A stretch of 64,000 nt of DNA, taken from assembly GCA_965112155.1 (NCBI GenBank), contig OZ218105.1; one strand, written 5' to 3'. Under the pieces are notes generated by a model that was not told the DNA's origin, did no database searches, and worked only from the letters and a program-made list of their open reading frames with translations. Shown here piece after piece: positions 63,515-64,000 of the stretch. The position numbers were made by a program, and so were the translations under genes. Position 1 is the stretch's first letter, and each line of letters opens with the position of its first letter. Source of the DNA: Podarcis liolepis (lineage: Eukaryota).

Positions 63515-63672
63515 ACAGCACATGGCTTCTCCCAAAGAATCCTGGACCCTGTAGTTTACCCCTCAGAGTTACAACTCCCAGCACCCTTGGGAAACTACAT
63601 TTCCCAGGATTCTTTGGTGGAGGGGGTTGTGCTTTGAATTTGCTTTAAATGTGCTCTAAATGTATGGTGTGG
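63515..63672. repeat. Palindromic aaagaatcctggga..ctgtag MITE family (related near 27690-27890 and 32620-32950)
   Basis: caaagaatcctgg / ccaggattctttg inverted pair with internal ctgtagttt / aaactaca. Confidence 0.6.
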
Positions 63673-64000
63673 ACGAGACCATAGGTAGTGAATTGCACTT
63701 AAAGTGACAAGCCCTGCGCCCTCATTTCTCCCAAGCCCTATGTAAACACCATTCTCTCTAATCTGAATTCCTGATCCCCATTGTCCTAGATGTTATCCTC
63801 CCACTCCAACCCACATTGCAACATGAATAACATGGGCGAGCCTCTGAGCATTGATCGGTACAAACTTTCTTGCCACATTAAAAAGGGTTCATATTAGATA
63901 TTACGGCCAGTGGAAGTATATTGTTGTATACTCCCAACCCCATGAAGCATTTAGCTAAAATGCCTACTAGGCTTTTGTGAACTGTTTATTAAAGGGGCAT

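Overview
Eukaryotic, essentially non-coding DNA from a squamate reptile. Sauria SINEs, Bov-B LINEs and Squam-type tRNA SINEs point to a lizard, most plausibly a lacertid. I found no credible host exon, rRNA, true tRNA or CRISPR array. The only long intact ORF (40754-41443, minus) is the C-terminus of a Bov-B retrotransposon protein. The window reads like a large intron or gene desert with five N-gaps, a dense layer of transposons and several repeat-free motif-rich blocks that may be conserved enhancers. The transposons include Sauria and Squam SINEs; Bov-B, RTE, L2 and CR1 LINE pieces; Tc1/mariner and hAT MITEs; a Harbinger transposase fossil; and a DIRS/Ngaro-like repeat. The standout is a 228-bp insertion at 59396-59623 flanked by a perfect 16-bp direct repeat. 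It is built on a 96-bp-arm palindrome, and each arm carries a minimal hammerhead ribozyme of the Penelope-like-element type, one with an intact core and one with a core mutation. Other notable items are a bipartite RTE-derived SINE-like family that shares its 3' tail with a local RTE LINE, a 2.3-kb hAT element holding nested insertions, and several TSD-resolved nestings. All family names come from recalled sequence features, not database searches.
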